53,872 nt of DNA from Malacoraja senta (taxonomy: Eukaryota): contig JAXLNO010000483.1 of NCBI GenBank assembly GCA_038087875.1, forward strand, positions 62,001 to 115,872, in the 5' to 3' direction. Shown here in pieces: positions 1 through 11,712 of the stretch. The notes beneath the pieces are model-generated. The model saw nothing but the letters and a program-made list of their open reading frames with translations. It made no database searches and was not told the origin of the DNA. Each line of letters opens with the position of its first letter. Position 1 is the first letter of the stretch. The translations under genes were made by a program, and so were the position numbers.

Positions 1-500
1 GAATCCAAGCTACAAAGTCCCTATGGATCTCATGCATCATAATCTTCTGGATCAGTTTGCCACGAGGGACTTTATTAAATGCCATAATAAAATCCATGTA
101 GACAACATTCCCTCCCCTCCTCTCTTCAGAAGAATCACGTCATCACCTCTTCAACAATCTCAATAAAGTTAGTGCAGGTAGATGGGACTAGGGAGAAGTT
201 AAAAAAAAAAATATTTTTAAGTGTCCGGCACGGACTTGAAGGCCCGAGATGGCCTGTTTCCGTGCTGTAATGGTTATATGGTTAGTGGTGCATGATCTGC
301 CGAGGAAAAAGGCATGCTGACTATCTCTAATTATCCTGTTACTCCTTCCCAGGATTATCTCTTCTTCCCTTCTTAAACAAAGAAACAACCTAGAATACTC
401 TCCAGTCCTCTGGGATCTCACCTGTGGCTAGAGAAACTACACAGATCTTTGCAAAGGCCCCTGCAATCTCTTTGATTACCTCTCTCAATAGCCTGGGATA
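1..500 (-). mobile_element. Degraded CR1 LINE fragments
   Basis: Same antisense RT-region motifs as the CR1 at 9193-10992 (e.g. aaatccatgtagacaacat, gcatgctgactatc, agcctgggatagat). Confidence 0.55.
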
Positions 501-1246
501 GATAGGGGACAGAAATGAGCTCAGAGACTTGCACTTCCTACTAGACACGTGTTTCTCTTTCCCTGTCTAGTTTTGATATTCTCCCTGATCCCCAAACCAT
601 CATATATATTCAGTTTTCCAATAGCTGGGTAAGAGACACATGCCCACAAACTCCAGTTTGAAGAACCCTTCTGGCACCCAGGATGAGGCGAGTACAGAGT
701 CCAGTAGAGGACAGAGATTGTGGAGCATGCTCCAATTTACATCCGGTAGTCTGTAGGAAGATTTGCAGCTCGTGCATCAATTCTTTCTTGACCCCAGAGC
801 CAACAAAATGTTGATATTGGCATATCATCTTTCATTGGTCAAGATATTGGGCAATCTTCATTAGTATTTTGCTGTTTATTGTAAGGGAGAATTGACAGAT
901 TTTTCATCCTTGTCCTTGGATTGTAGAATTGCAACAACTAGACTACCAAGCATTAACCTAGCCCATAGATTCCCATTTGCACATTACTCATGTAGAGTGT
1001 CTTGTCATATTACCTTTATTCAAATACCTCTTCAACTATAGGTTTGGCACCTGTGTGTTAAGTGTGTTAAAGCCCGACTGAGCAAATATGAAAATGCTGC
1101 AATAGTACTATGAATAGCCATTTATAACAAGTAATATCACTGACTTCACACGTCCTGTTGTCAGGGTATTACATGTTTTTTAAAAAAACAGGTAATATTC
1201 CTTTTATTCAGCACTCTATTGGTACATTCCCTTAATCCTAAGCAAG

Positions 1247-2256
1247 TAGCAATGTTACAAAATGTTGAGATTTAAAAAATCAAGTCTGCAATTTATCCCA
1301 TCAGATAAAGCATAAACAGGTTTAATTTGACACCTGATTCACTTTCATATCTTAAGTATTAAATAAGTTATGGCCATTTTCATACTCGGAAATTAGCATC
1401 TTGCTTTTCGATTGACTTAACACAAAAGCTGTGATCGAGGACAGTCAAAAGCCCATAACTTTCTTAAAAATTAAGAGAACTGAATGACATTTTCAGTTAT
1501 TATAGATTGAAGCATTCTGAAACAAATATGAATTAATCTTACTTGGATGACCTGAAATTAAAGCATATAATTAGTTAGTTACCCAATTGTAGCTAATTAC
1601 AAAATTCAATTACTAGATCTAAACATCTATCCATTTCTTAAGAAAAGATTAACATTTTTAAATAGCCTAAGTGTCCAAATAACATTCACACAAGAATTCA
1701 CAATATAACATGATTTTTAAATCTCATTGTCATGAATTTATAGGCCAAATGGAAGGAATTTTGTGTTTAATTCCCGTAAATTAATGGGCATTTAAATCAT
1801 CTTGCGAGTGGGATTTTGTGGAATGCGATCGATTGGAACGTTGCGGTTGCGGTGAATTTAAACCCCACATCGGCAGGAAAAATGCTGCTGGTTCGTATAT
1901 TTACATAATCACCTTTTCGCAACGTAAAATGTGGATTAAGGGCATCCTAAGAAGCACTTTTATACATAAAATAAACGTCTTTCCTTTACCTGTCCCGTGC
2001 GTGAAATCCGGCCCCGTTGTCGGCGTTCACGGCATTAGAAGCTGATTTTCATTTTACTCCTGCGCTGAAATGGTCCAGCGATTAAAAAAAAAATTCACAG
2101 AACGGCCGTCGGAACAAATCTTCAGCAAATATATCGAGGACAGGTAGGACAATAACTGCATTTTAACCCCGCCCCCTCCTCAATGGCGCCAAAGTCGTGC
2201 ACACGACCAGTGACAGAACTGCAGCGCCGCTGAAGGTAAGTTTTGTAACATACCTA
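1247..2256. mobile_element. Non-autonomous DNA transposon with TAG...CTA termini
   Basis: Left TIR TAGCAATGTTACAAAA vs reverse complement of right end TAGGTATGTTACAAAA; AAGCAAG duplicated at 1240-1246 and 2257-2263; no transposase ORF. Confidence 0.75.
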
Positions 2257-2456
2257 AAGCAAGCAGAAATGATCCAAATTTCAGCCTCTTTGTTTAAATA
2301 AAAGAAACTGCTTCTTTCAACAGAAAAAGGTAGTCCCTTTATTGATGTAAACTACAGTTCATTGTTGCTCATTGTGTACAATGCACAATTGCTGCTTTGT
2401 TGCAATTATGTTTAGTGATTTCCGTAAATGTAATTCCTTGAAAAGAACTGGTCTAA

Positions 2457-2915
2457 TGAGCCTGTCCCACTTAGGCGATTTTTCAGCGGACTGCCGGCGA
2501 CTGTGAAGTCGCTGGCAGTCGCCTGAAAAACCGGCAACTGGAATGGCGACTGTCAGAGTGGAACACACAAACACATCGAACCTTCGACCTTCTGGCAACC
2601 CATTAGGACCTCCTGGCGACCCACGTATGGCTCGAGAATTCTCGCTACTCTCCATGGCGGCTTCATTCTAGTCGCCGCTAATTTTTCAACATGGCGACCA
2701 TAATGAGGCCAATAGTCCCCAGAATGCGGGAACTCCTCACGACCATGAAGGTGACTCCCCGGCAACTACCCGCGAACATGTGGCTAATTTTTCAACACGG
2801 CGACCAGTTCCCAGAATACGGGAACTCCTCACGACCATGACGGCGACTTCCCTGCAACCACCGAACATGTGGCGACTGCATAGTCTCCTGCAGTCGCCTA
2901 AGTGGGACAGGCCCA
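2457..2915. mobile_element. PIF/Harbinger-type MITE
   Basis: TIRs TGAGCCTGTCCCACTTAGGCGA ... TCGCCTAAGTGGGACAGGCCCA; TAA TSD at 2454-2456 and 2916-2918; internal ~100-bp tandem duplication (~2677-2875). Confidence 0.85.
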
Positions 2916-3609
2916 TAAGTTGCTTGTGGAAAAAATTTCAAGTTTATTCCCTTGATAGTTTTTCCACTGTTGTAACATGTTAATTCTGGTATCTCAGCTG
3001 TGAGCTATGTAAATAAGGCTCACTTTCAACCATTGTTCTCCCTTATGCCTATATAATTAGGTTTGGTAATTATGTCATTTCCATAATTCATTATTTGTTA
3101 ATAAAGAGTTAATGCCCAATTTTCATCCCAAGTCCGTTCAGCCAGGAACCTATAAATCAGCATTTTTCATTTGTGACGACACAACCAATGTTTACTTTCT
3201 CATTGTTTTGCTCAATTTAAATTCCTCTTTCCCCACGACCACCATGTGCTGAGTAGTGAATGGTAGATTGTGGAAGTCATGTGTTCATCTGCCCTGACTG
3301 GTGCGCTTTAGTAATTGCACAAAGGCGATTCTTGCCAATTGGTTCAGGGCACCCAGAATGTTCAAGATAAAATAACAATCTATCCACTCTTTGTAAAGAA
3401 GTAGTAGCTTGTAACCCAAATCTTTTTAGTTCTGATTAAAAGTCGGTATGGTACAGTAAATCCCTAAATTTGATCTTGCAAATTAGGTTGGTCTTTTGGG
3501 TTGGAAGGTTTGGAGGTGAAGAATTTATCTTGTATAAGATGAGGCAGTGAGACAGAAGTACTTAAAAAAGGAGTAGAGAAATAACTTTTGCTTTAAACTG
3601 TGGTTAGAA

Positions 3610-5578
3610 GTCTGCATCCCCACCAAAACCTTCCGACCGTTTCCCAATCAGAAACCTTGGATGAACTTTGAGATCCGCACTTTTCTGAAGTCCAGACACC
3701 GGGCATTCATGTCTGATGATACAGTGGCCTACAAGGAGTCCAGATACGACCTTGGTAAGGCCATCAAAAAGGCCAAAAGGGACTTCTGCTCCAAACTGGA
3801 GGAAGAGGCTGATGTTCGGCGGCTGTGGCAGGGCCTGAATGCAATCACCTCTTACAAGGCGAAATCAGGAGGCAGCTCGAATGTCGGCGAAACATCACTC
3901 CCTGATGAGCTCAATGCGTTTTACGCACGCTTTGATAGGGAGAACACCGATGTGCCTTGCCGAGCCCCCATTCGCTGTGATGGTATTTCAGTCTCAGTCA
4001 CAGAGGCCGACGTCAGGAAATCCTTCAGAGGGGTGAACCCTCGAAAAGCGCCTGGACCTGATGGTATACCTGGTCGCATTCTAAAAACCTGTGCGGACCA
4101 ACTGGCTGGAGTTTTTACAGACATTTTCAACCTCTCACTTCTGAGGTCTGAGGTCCCCACCTGCTTCAAAAGGGCATCAATTATACCAGTGCCCAAGAAG
4201 AGTAAGGTAACGTGCCTCAATGACTATCGACCTGTGGCACTAACGCCTGTGGTGATGAAGTGCTTTGAGAGGTTGATCATGACGCAGATCAACTCCTACC
4301 TCGACAAAAACCTGGACCCACTGCAGTTCGCTTACCGCCACAACAGATCAACGGTGGATGCGATCTCGCTGGCCCTCCACTCCGCTCTGGACCACTTGGA
4401 CAACAAAAACTCATATGTCAGGCTGTTATTCATCGATGACAGCTCGGCATTTAACACAATCATCCCCTCCAAGCTGGTTACCAAACTCGCAGAACTGGGT
4501 CTCTGCGCATCCCTCTGCAATTGGATCCTCGACTTCCTCACTCTCAGACCACAGTCTGTTCGTATTGGTGGACATGTGTCAGACTCGATAACAATTAGCA
4601 CGGGAGCACCTCAAGGCTGCGTGCTCAGTCCCCTGCTGTACTCACTCTATACTCATGACTGCGTAGCCGGACATAGTGCGAACTCCATCATCAAGTTCGC
4701 TGATGACACCACTGTTGTGGGACGTATCACTGATGGGGATGAGTCAGAGTATAGAAGAGAGATCGAGCAACTGTCCATATGGTGCCAGCACAACAACCTG
4801 GCCCTCAACACCAGCAAAACCAAGGAACTGATTGTGGACTTTGGAAGGAGTAGGATGGGGACCCACAGTCCCGTTTATATCAACGGGTCGATGGTTGAAA
4901 GGGTCAAGAGCTTCAAATTCCTGGGCGTGCACATCTCTGAAGATCTTTCCTGGTCCGAGAACAATGATGCCATTATTAAGAAAGCACATCAGCGCCTCTA
5001 CTTCCTGAGAAGATTACGGAGAGTCGGTTTGTCAAGGAGGACTCTCTCTAACTTCTACAGGTGCACAGTAGAGAGCATGCTAACCGGTTGCATCGTAGCT
5101 TGGTTCGGCAACTTGAGTGCCCTGGAGAGGAAAAGACTACAAAAAGTAGTAAACACTGCCCAGTCCATCATCGGCTCTGACCTCCCTTCCATCGAGGGGA
5201 TCTACCACAGTCGCTGCCTCAAAAAGTCTGGCAGCATCATCAAGGACCCACACCATCCTGGCCACACACTCATCTCCCTACTACCTTCAGGTAGAAGGTA
5301 CAGGAGCCTGAAGACTGCAACGACCAGGTTCAGGAACAGCTACTTCCCCACAGCCATCAGGCTATTAAAACTGGCTCGGACATAACACTGAACTTTACTA
5401 GCCAATACTGTTATATGCACTTTATCAGTATATTGACCATTGTGTATATATTTATAGAATGCCTTGTAGTAAATGCCTACTATGTTCTGTTGTGCTCAAG
5501 CAAAGCAAGAATTTAATTGTCCTACCAGGGACACATGACAATAAACTCACTTGACTTGACACTTGACTTGACTTGCCC
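3610..5578 (+). mobile_element. 5'-truncated Rex1/Babar-type LINE
   Basis: Contains the RT ORF, an (ACTTG)n tail at ~5547-5575, and a TGGTTAGAA duplication at 3601-3609 and 5579-5587. Confidence 0.88.
3661..5385 (+). CDS. Non-LTR reverse transcriptase ORF (574 aa, no endonuclease domain in this copy)
   Basis: Motifs KAPGPDG, YRPVAL, LQFAYR, GAPQGCVLSPLLY, KFADDT, FKFLG and Rex1-type C-terminus (AHQRLYFLRRL, LLPSGRRYR). Confidence 0.92.
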   Translation: MNFEIRTFLKSRHRAFMSDDTVAYKESRYDLGKAIKKAKRDFCSKLEEEADVRRLWQGLNAITSYKAKSGGSSNVGETSLPDELNAFYARFDRENTDVPCRAPIRCDGISVSVTEADVRKSFRGVNPRKAPGPDGIPGRILKTCADQLAGVFTDIFNLSLLRSEVPTCFKRASIIPVPKKSKVTCLNDYRPVALTPVVMKCFERLIMTQINSYLDKNLDPLQFAYRHNRSTVDAISLALHSALDHLDNKNSYVRLLFIDDSSAFNTIIPSKLVTKLAELGLCASLCNWILDFLTLRPQSVRIGGHVSDSITISTGAPQGCVLSPLLYSLYTHDCVAGHSANSIIKFADDTTVVGRITDGDESEYRREIEQLSIWCQHNNLALNTSKTKELIVDFGRSRMGTHSPVYINGSMVERVKSFKFLGVHISEDLSWSENNDAIIKKAHQRLYFLRRLRRVGLSRRTLSNFYRCTVESMLTGCIVAWFGNLSALERKRLQKVVNTAQSIIGSDLPSIEGIYHSRCLKKSGSIIKDPHHPGHTLISLLPSGRRYRSLKTATTRFRNSYFPTAIRLLKLART

Positions 5579-7658
5579 TGGTTAGAACATCACTCCAAGA
5601 GTTCCTCAGGACAATGCCAATGGACCTTCACTCCTTCATCAATAGTCTACCTTTCAATTTTCATTTCCATTCTCAGCAAATAAAATAGTGCACTTATGCG
5701 TTCAATGAGATTTAGACCTAGACTCATGCATGCAACAAAATCAGTATTTTCAGGTAGGGGCTGATAAGTGACAAAATATTTGCCACCCAAATGTCAACAA
5801 TGGCTAATTCCAACCATGGAATCTAATATTCTTTAAGATTGAAAGCATTACCATTGGTGAGTTCTCACCATAAAAATGTTGGAAGTTAACTTTGACCAGA
5901 AACTCCTTTGAACCAGCCGCAGAAATACGGCAAAAACTAGATCAGGTCAGAGGTTGGGTGTCCTTTGGAATAGACTCCTGACACATCAAATGATTTATTC
6001 TATAATGTTAGAATGCTCTCCTAAAGTCTCCTACAGTGGCTACAGTGTGTTTCACCTACAAAATATATTTTGGTTAATCATTATAGTCACGACAGCAGCA
6101 CCCCACCCCCCACCCCCCCAAACTCATGATCTCTGCTACCAAGAAGGAAAATAACTTTAGATCTGAAGATTCTCCTCCAAATTTCACTTGGAAAAAGATC
6201 AACATTCCTTCATTGTTATTATGAGCAGATCACAGAACTTTCTTCCTAAGAGCACTGTTCACCAGAAGCACTGCATTGATTCGAGAACGTGGCTCAGCAG
6301 CATATTTTTAAGATAAGTGTGTGCTGTTGTTAGTGTTACCTGGATTCCCAAATAAGTTAATACATAAAATGTACTTCTCACCGAAGCTATATAAGATATG
6401 ATATATGCAAATTTTCCAGCTGAAATGAATATATTTTTCTGGAAAAGTAATTCCTTATGAAGTCCCATGGGTATTATGCATGACTGACCGGTCAATCAAC
6501 CACTTGTGTATTGCATGATGAGCACTATGGAAACATAATTACTTTCATATTCTTCTACATTTCATTTCTTAAGGCACCGAGGCCTTAGCAGTTACTCAGT
6601 TAATCAGATTTTAATGAAGCTGGATTTTATCACCACAATATTAATTTGTAAAGCAGTTTTTATATAATATGAACCAACATAGGACATAGGCCTTATCAGA
6701 CCGGATTTGACATGGAGCCAAGTAAGGAGATTTTTTAGAAGAGATGCTGAAAACTTTAAGGAATGTGTTAAAGGAGGAAAAAGATTGTGACATTTAGGGA
6801 AGGAACCCAACTGATGGAATATAATCTGGAAGTTGAAATTGATGTATTTAGTGAGGAGTAGCTGTGGGACCTGCATGTCTGCTCAAGGCCAGGTGGGATA
6901 GCGGTTCAACTGACCTGGGAGATGTATGGATATGGTGGCACTTCAGGTTAATATTCATGAAAATTAAGGAAATACTAAATTATGAAGTTCGATGTGTCAC
7001 TACAAATGTTTTACTTACATATTATGTTGATTTCCAAGTTTTATATTTTTAATTTCTTTTTGAAGGGAAAATAACCAAAATTGTAATTGTCAATTTAAAC
7101 CTTCTATTAATTCACCAAATTAATTCATTGAGGTTTAAGTGAAGTTTTGATGTTTATTTTCAGCATGCGCCATTTGTTGTTGGCATGTCGTTTACGTTAT
7201 TCAATCCATTGTTCATCTGGAATATATCCGCAGCTTCTGCTAAATGCATGGAGTCACACTGAAAGTACTTTACAATCTGTAGCCTGCCGACTGCTTATCT
7301 TCCAAGGGGGTGTGGGGGGGGGGGGAGTGTGGAGGAGGGGAACAAGTAAATCATGCTACTGTTACATTATGTTATATTATATTGAAGGAATCTCCTTGGC
7401 ATTTACATGAGCTCTTGAAGATATCACAGAAGACACACCTAAAAGGTGAAAAAAAAAAGGATGCAAACTTCATCTAGTCAAGAACAATCTTGTTGATAGC
7501 ACATTAGAATTGCTCATTTTAGTCTTATTGACCAAGGAATACTTATACCATTTTGGCTAATTTAGATATTAAATATACAGGATGAAAAATGTTATATTCA
7601 CTTTGGTTCGATTGGGAATGAGGCTGTAGTCATCTTTCAAATGAAGTAGATATCTTTA

Positions 7659-7817
7659 GACAGACACAAAAAGACAGATCTGAAGTCTGAAGAATTGTTT
7701 CGACCCAAAACATCACCCATTCCTTTTCTCCAGAGATGCTGTCTGACCCGCTGACTTACTCCAGCTTTTTGTGTCTGTCTTTGGTTTAAACTAGCATCTG
7801 CTGTTCCTTTCTACACA
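7659..7817 (+). repeat. Penelope pLTR-derived short repeat
   Basis: ctgaagaa...gacccaaaacatcaccc...agagatgctg...ttactccagc...gcatctgc, shared with many copies in the window. Confidence 0.65.
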
Positions 7818-9192
7818 TAGATATCTTTGGTCATGGAAGTAGAAAAGAAGCTTACTCAATATTCAGCAGGGCAGGCAGCATCTGTGGAGAGTGAAACAGT
7901 TAATGAAAACATCATAGACATGATAGTTTCCGCACAACAGTCTTTAATATGATGATTGATAGTATTGGTGTCAATAATAATTCTTGTGCCTGTGACCCTC
8001 AGGGTGTTGCATTCCCAGGGTATGTGTAAAAATCATGAAAAAATGTGTTTATTTGTTTACTTTCACCTAAATTCTGTGAGTACAATTTGATTTCACATCT
8101 CAGAATTTTGGGTAGTGATTTGTGAATTCTGTAAAGGTGGATTTCGTAATCTGAATTGCTGTAATATGAGGTACGCTCAAACTCAATTTAAACTTGCTAT
8201 GTTCATAGTGAATTTCAACAACTCAGTTAACATCTCAACAATATTTATCTCATTATATAATTCAAAAATAATTGGTAAATTATGAGTGATGTGCTTTAAT
8301 TAAAATTACACATGGATGCACTGAATGCTCAAGTGAGCACAGCATTGGTTAAGGCAACTGGTTAACTACGGAGTGATTATCTTCCACAATAACCTTGGAG
8401 TATTGAATGATTTGCAACTTTCTAAGTGGAGATGCCCTTGTTAATTACACTCCTTAAAGCATATGTAAAGAACTTTTCAGTAGATTTTAATTTTACCTTT
8501 TATGATGGTTTTAAATGATACAGATGAAAACTAAAATAAACAGAATCAGTAAATTACGCACAGTTTCAAAGCACAGAAAATGTTAATCCAATTATTGATG
8601 TATCTTAATATAATTTAAATCTGCAGAATGTTAATGTCAAAAATTAAATCATTTAACCTCCACTAAGATCCTGATGTGCTGGCTGCACAGTATTCACTGT
8701 TTTTAAATAAGCAAAAAAGCATAATTATTTTAATAGCTCCCCCACTCCTTCCTCAAGTAAATGAACATTTAATTTCCTTCCTTCACAACTTCTGGTTTTA
8801 CAGACAGAGAATTAATCTGGGAGAGAAGCAATCTTCATCTATATTGTTTTGAGGCAGCCACAAGAAGGCATCATCCAATTTACACTAGGAGCTGGCTAGC
8901 CACCTCGACTAACAGTACAGCTGAGGTAGAGAGTTCACAGCAGCACAACTGCTCATTGTTTTCAGTTTTCTAATGTTAAAATATAGAAAGATCTTTTTTG
9001 AAAAATTATGCAAGGAAATTATTCCAAATTATTTTATCTCGCCATTAAAAAGATAACGTTGGAACTTGCATGGATAAATGAAGGCACAGACTGCTGAAGA
9101 ATCTCAGCGTTTTTTTGTCGGAGTCCACACGCAAACTGGAGAAACAAAATCTCATATTCCGCATGGGTAACTTCAATCCTTTTATCAACTTC

Positions 9193-10992
9193 AATCAATA
9201 GACAATACGCAATAGGTGCAGTAGGCCATTCGGCCCTTCGAGCCAGCACCGCCATTCAATGTGATCATGGCTGATCATCCCCAATCAGTACCCCGTTCCT
9301 GCCTTCACCCCATATCCCCTGACTCCGCTATCTTTAAGAGCCCTATCTAGCTCTCTCTTGAAAGCATCCAGAGAACCTGCCTCCACCGCCCTCTGAGGCA
9401 GAGAATTCCACAGACTCACAACTCTCTGTGAGAAAAAGTGTTTCCTCGTCTCCGTTCTAAATGGCTTACCCCTTATTCTTAAACTGTGGCTCCTGGTTCT
9501 GGACTCCCCCAACATCGGGAACATGTTTCCTACCTTTAGCGTGTCCAAACCCTTAACAATCTTATATGTTTCAATAAGATTCCCTCTCATCCTTCTAAAC
9601 TCCATAGTGTACAAGCCCAGCCGCTCCATTCTCTCAGCATATGACAGTCCTGCCATCCCGGGAATTAACCTTGTAAACCTACGCTGCACTCCCTCAATAG
9701 CAAGAATGTCCTTCCTCAAATTAGGGGACCAAAACTGCGCACAATACTCCAGGTGTGGTCTCACTAGGGCCCTGTACAACTGCAGAAGGACCTCTTTGCT
9801 CCTATACTCGACTCCTCTTGATATAAAGGCCAACATGCCATTCGCTATCTTCACTGCCTGCTGTACCTGCATGCTTACTTTCATAGACTGATGAACATGG
9901 ACCCCCCAGATCCCGTTGTACTTCCCCTTTTCCCAACGATGCCATTTAGATAGTAATTTGCCTTCCTGTTTTTGATACCAAAGGGGATAACCTCAAATTT
10001 ATCCACATTAAACTTCATCTGCCATGCATCTGTCCACTCCCCCAACCTGTCCAAGTCACCCTGCATTCTCATAGCATCCTCCTCACAGTTCACACTGCCA
10101 CCCAGCTTTGTGTCATCTGCAAATTTGCTAATGTTACTTTGAATCCCTTCATCCAAATCAATGATGTATATTGTAAATAGCTGCGGTCCCAGCACCGAGC
10201 CTTGCGGTGCCCCACTAGTCACTTCCTGCCATTCTGAAAGGGACCTGTTAATCCCTACTCTTTGTCTCCTGTCTGCCAACCAATTTTCTATCCATGTCAG
10301 CACTCTACCCCCAATACCATGTGCCCTAATTTTGCTCTATAATCTCCTATGTGGGACCTTAGCAAATGCTTTCTGAAAGTCCAGGTACACTACATCCACT
10401 GGCTCTCCCTTGTCCATTTTCTCAGTTACATTCTCAAAAAATTCCAGAAGATTAGTCAAGCATGATTTCCCCTTCGTAAATCCATGTTGACTCAGACCGA
10501 TCCTGTCACTGCTATCCAAATGTGCCACTATTTCATCTTTTATAATTGACTCCAGCATCTTCCCCACCACCAATATCAGGCTAACTGGTGTATAATTCCC
10601 TGTTTTCTCTCTCCCGCCTTTCTTAAAAATTGGGATAACATTAGCTACCCTCCAATCCACAGGAACTGATCCTGAGTCTATAGAACATTGGAAAATTATC
10701 ACCAATGCATCCACGATTTCTAGAGCCACTTCCTTAAGTACCCTGGGATGCAGATCATCAGGCCCTGGGGATTTATCAGCCTTCAGTCCCATCAGTCTAC
10801 CCAACAACATTTCCTGCCTAATGTGGATTTCCATCAGCTCCTCCGTCACCCCAGATCCTCTGGCCACTACTATATCAGGAAGATTGTTTGTGTCCTCCTT
10901 AGTGAAGACAGATCTAAAGTACCTGTTCATCTCATCTGCCATTTCCTTGTTTTCCATAATAAATTCACCTTTTTCGGTCTTCAATGGTCCAA
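9193..10992 (-). mobile_element. CR1 LINE 3' portion, frameshifted
   Basis: Consecutive minus-strand ORFs 10337-11017, 9881-10303 and 9285-9884 with KSPGPD, QHGF, VYLDFQKAF, PQGSVLGP, KFADDTK, LVRPHLEYC; tail (caataga)n at ~9193-9212. Confidence 0.93.
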
Positions 10993-11033
10993 TAGCTCCA
11001 ATTTTCCAAGGGTCCAATCCTTTTAGCTCACCT

Positions 11034-11256
11034 GTTTAAGAAAGAACTGCAGATGCTGGAAAAATCAAAGGTAGTCAAAAATGCTGGAGAAACTTTGCGG
11101 GTAAGGCAGCATCTATGGAGCGAAGGAATAGGTGACGTTTCGGGTTGAGACCCTTCTTCAGTCTGAAGAAGGGTCTCGACCCAAAACGTCAACTATTCCT
11201 TCGCTCCATAGATGCTGCCTCACCCGCTGAGTTTCTCCAGCATTTTTGTCTACCTT
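11034..11256. repeat. Palindromic Penelope-derived element with minimal hammerhead cores
   Basis: ~95-bp inverted arms centred on 11162; minus strand 11134-11161 reads CTGAAGAAGGGTCTCAACCCGAAACGTC. Confidence 0.75.
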
Positions 11257-11424
11257 AGACCTCATCCTCTGTCTTTTCTTCTCTGGCCTTTGTCCACCCA
11301 TCTGCCTGTCAAATAACACTGCTCATCTATGTCAGCCTACTACCAGCTAGGTTTTTTCCTGCCCCTCTCATCTTCCAGCTTTCTTCCCCCTGCCCTTCTG
11401 CAATCTGTCTGAAGAAGGGTGATT

Positions 11425-11712
11425 GGGCAGCACGGTTGTGCAGCGGTAAAATTGCTGCATTACAGCACCAGAGACGAGGGTTCGATCCTGACTGCGGGTA
11501 CTGTCTGTATGGAGTTTGTATATTCTCGCTGTGATCGCGTCAGTTTTCCCTGGGTGCTCCGGTTTCCTCCCACACCTTAAAGACAGACAGATTTTTAGGT
11601 TAATTGAGTTTGATAAAGATTGTAAATTTTCCCTAGTGTGTACGATAGTGCTGGGGGATCACTGGTCGGTGTGGGCTGAATGGCCTGTTTCCATGCTGTA
11701 TCTCTAAAATAA
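11425..11712 (+). mobile_element. tRNA-derived SINE (HE1-like) with CR1-type tail
   Basis: tRNA-like head gggcagcacgg..., B box GGTTCGATCC at 11479-11488, core gggtgctccggtttcctcccaca, tail ggcctgtttccatgctgtatctctaaa. Confidence 0.85.

Noticed and set aside
11425..11495. tRNA gene
   Set aside because: It is a degenerate tRNA-derived SINE head continuing into SINE core and tail.
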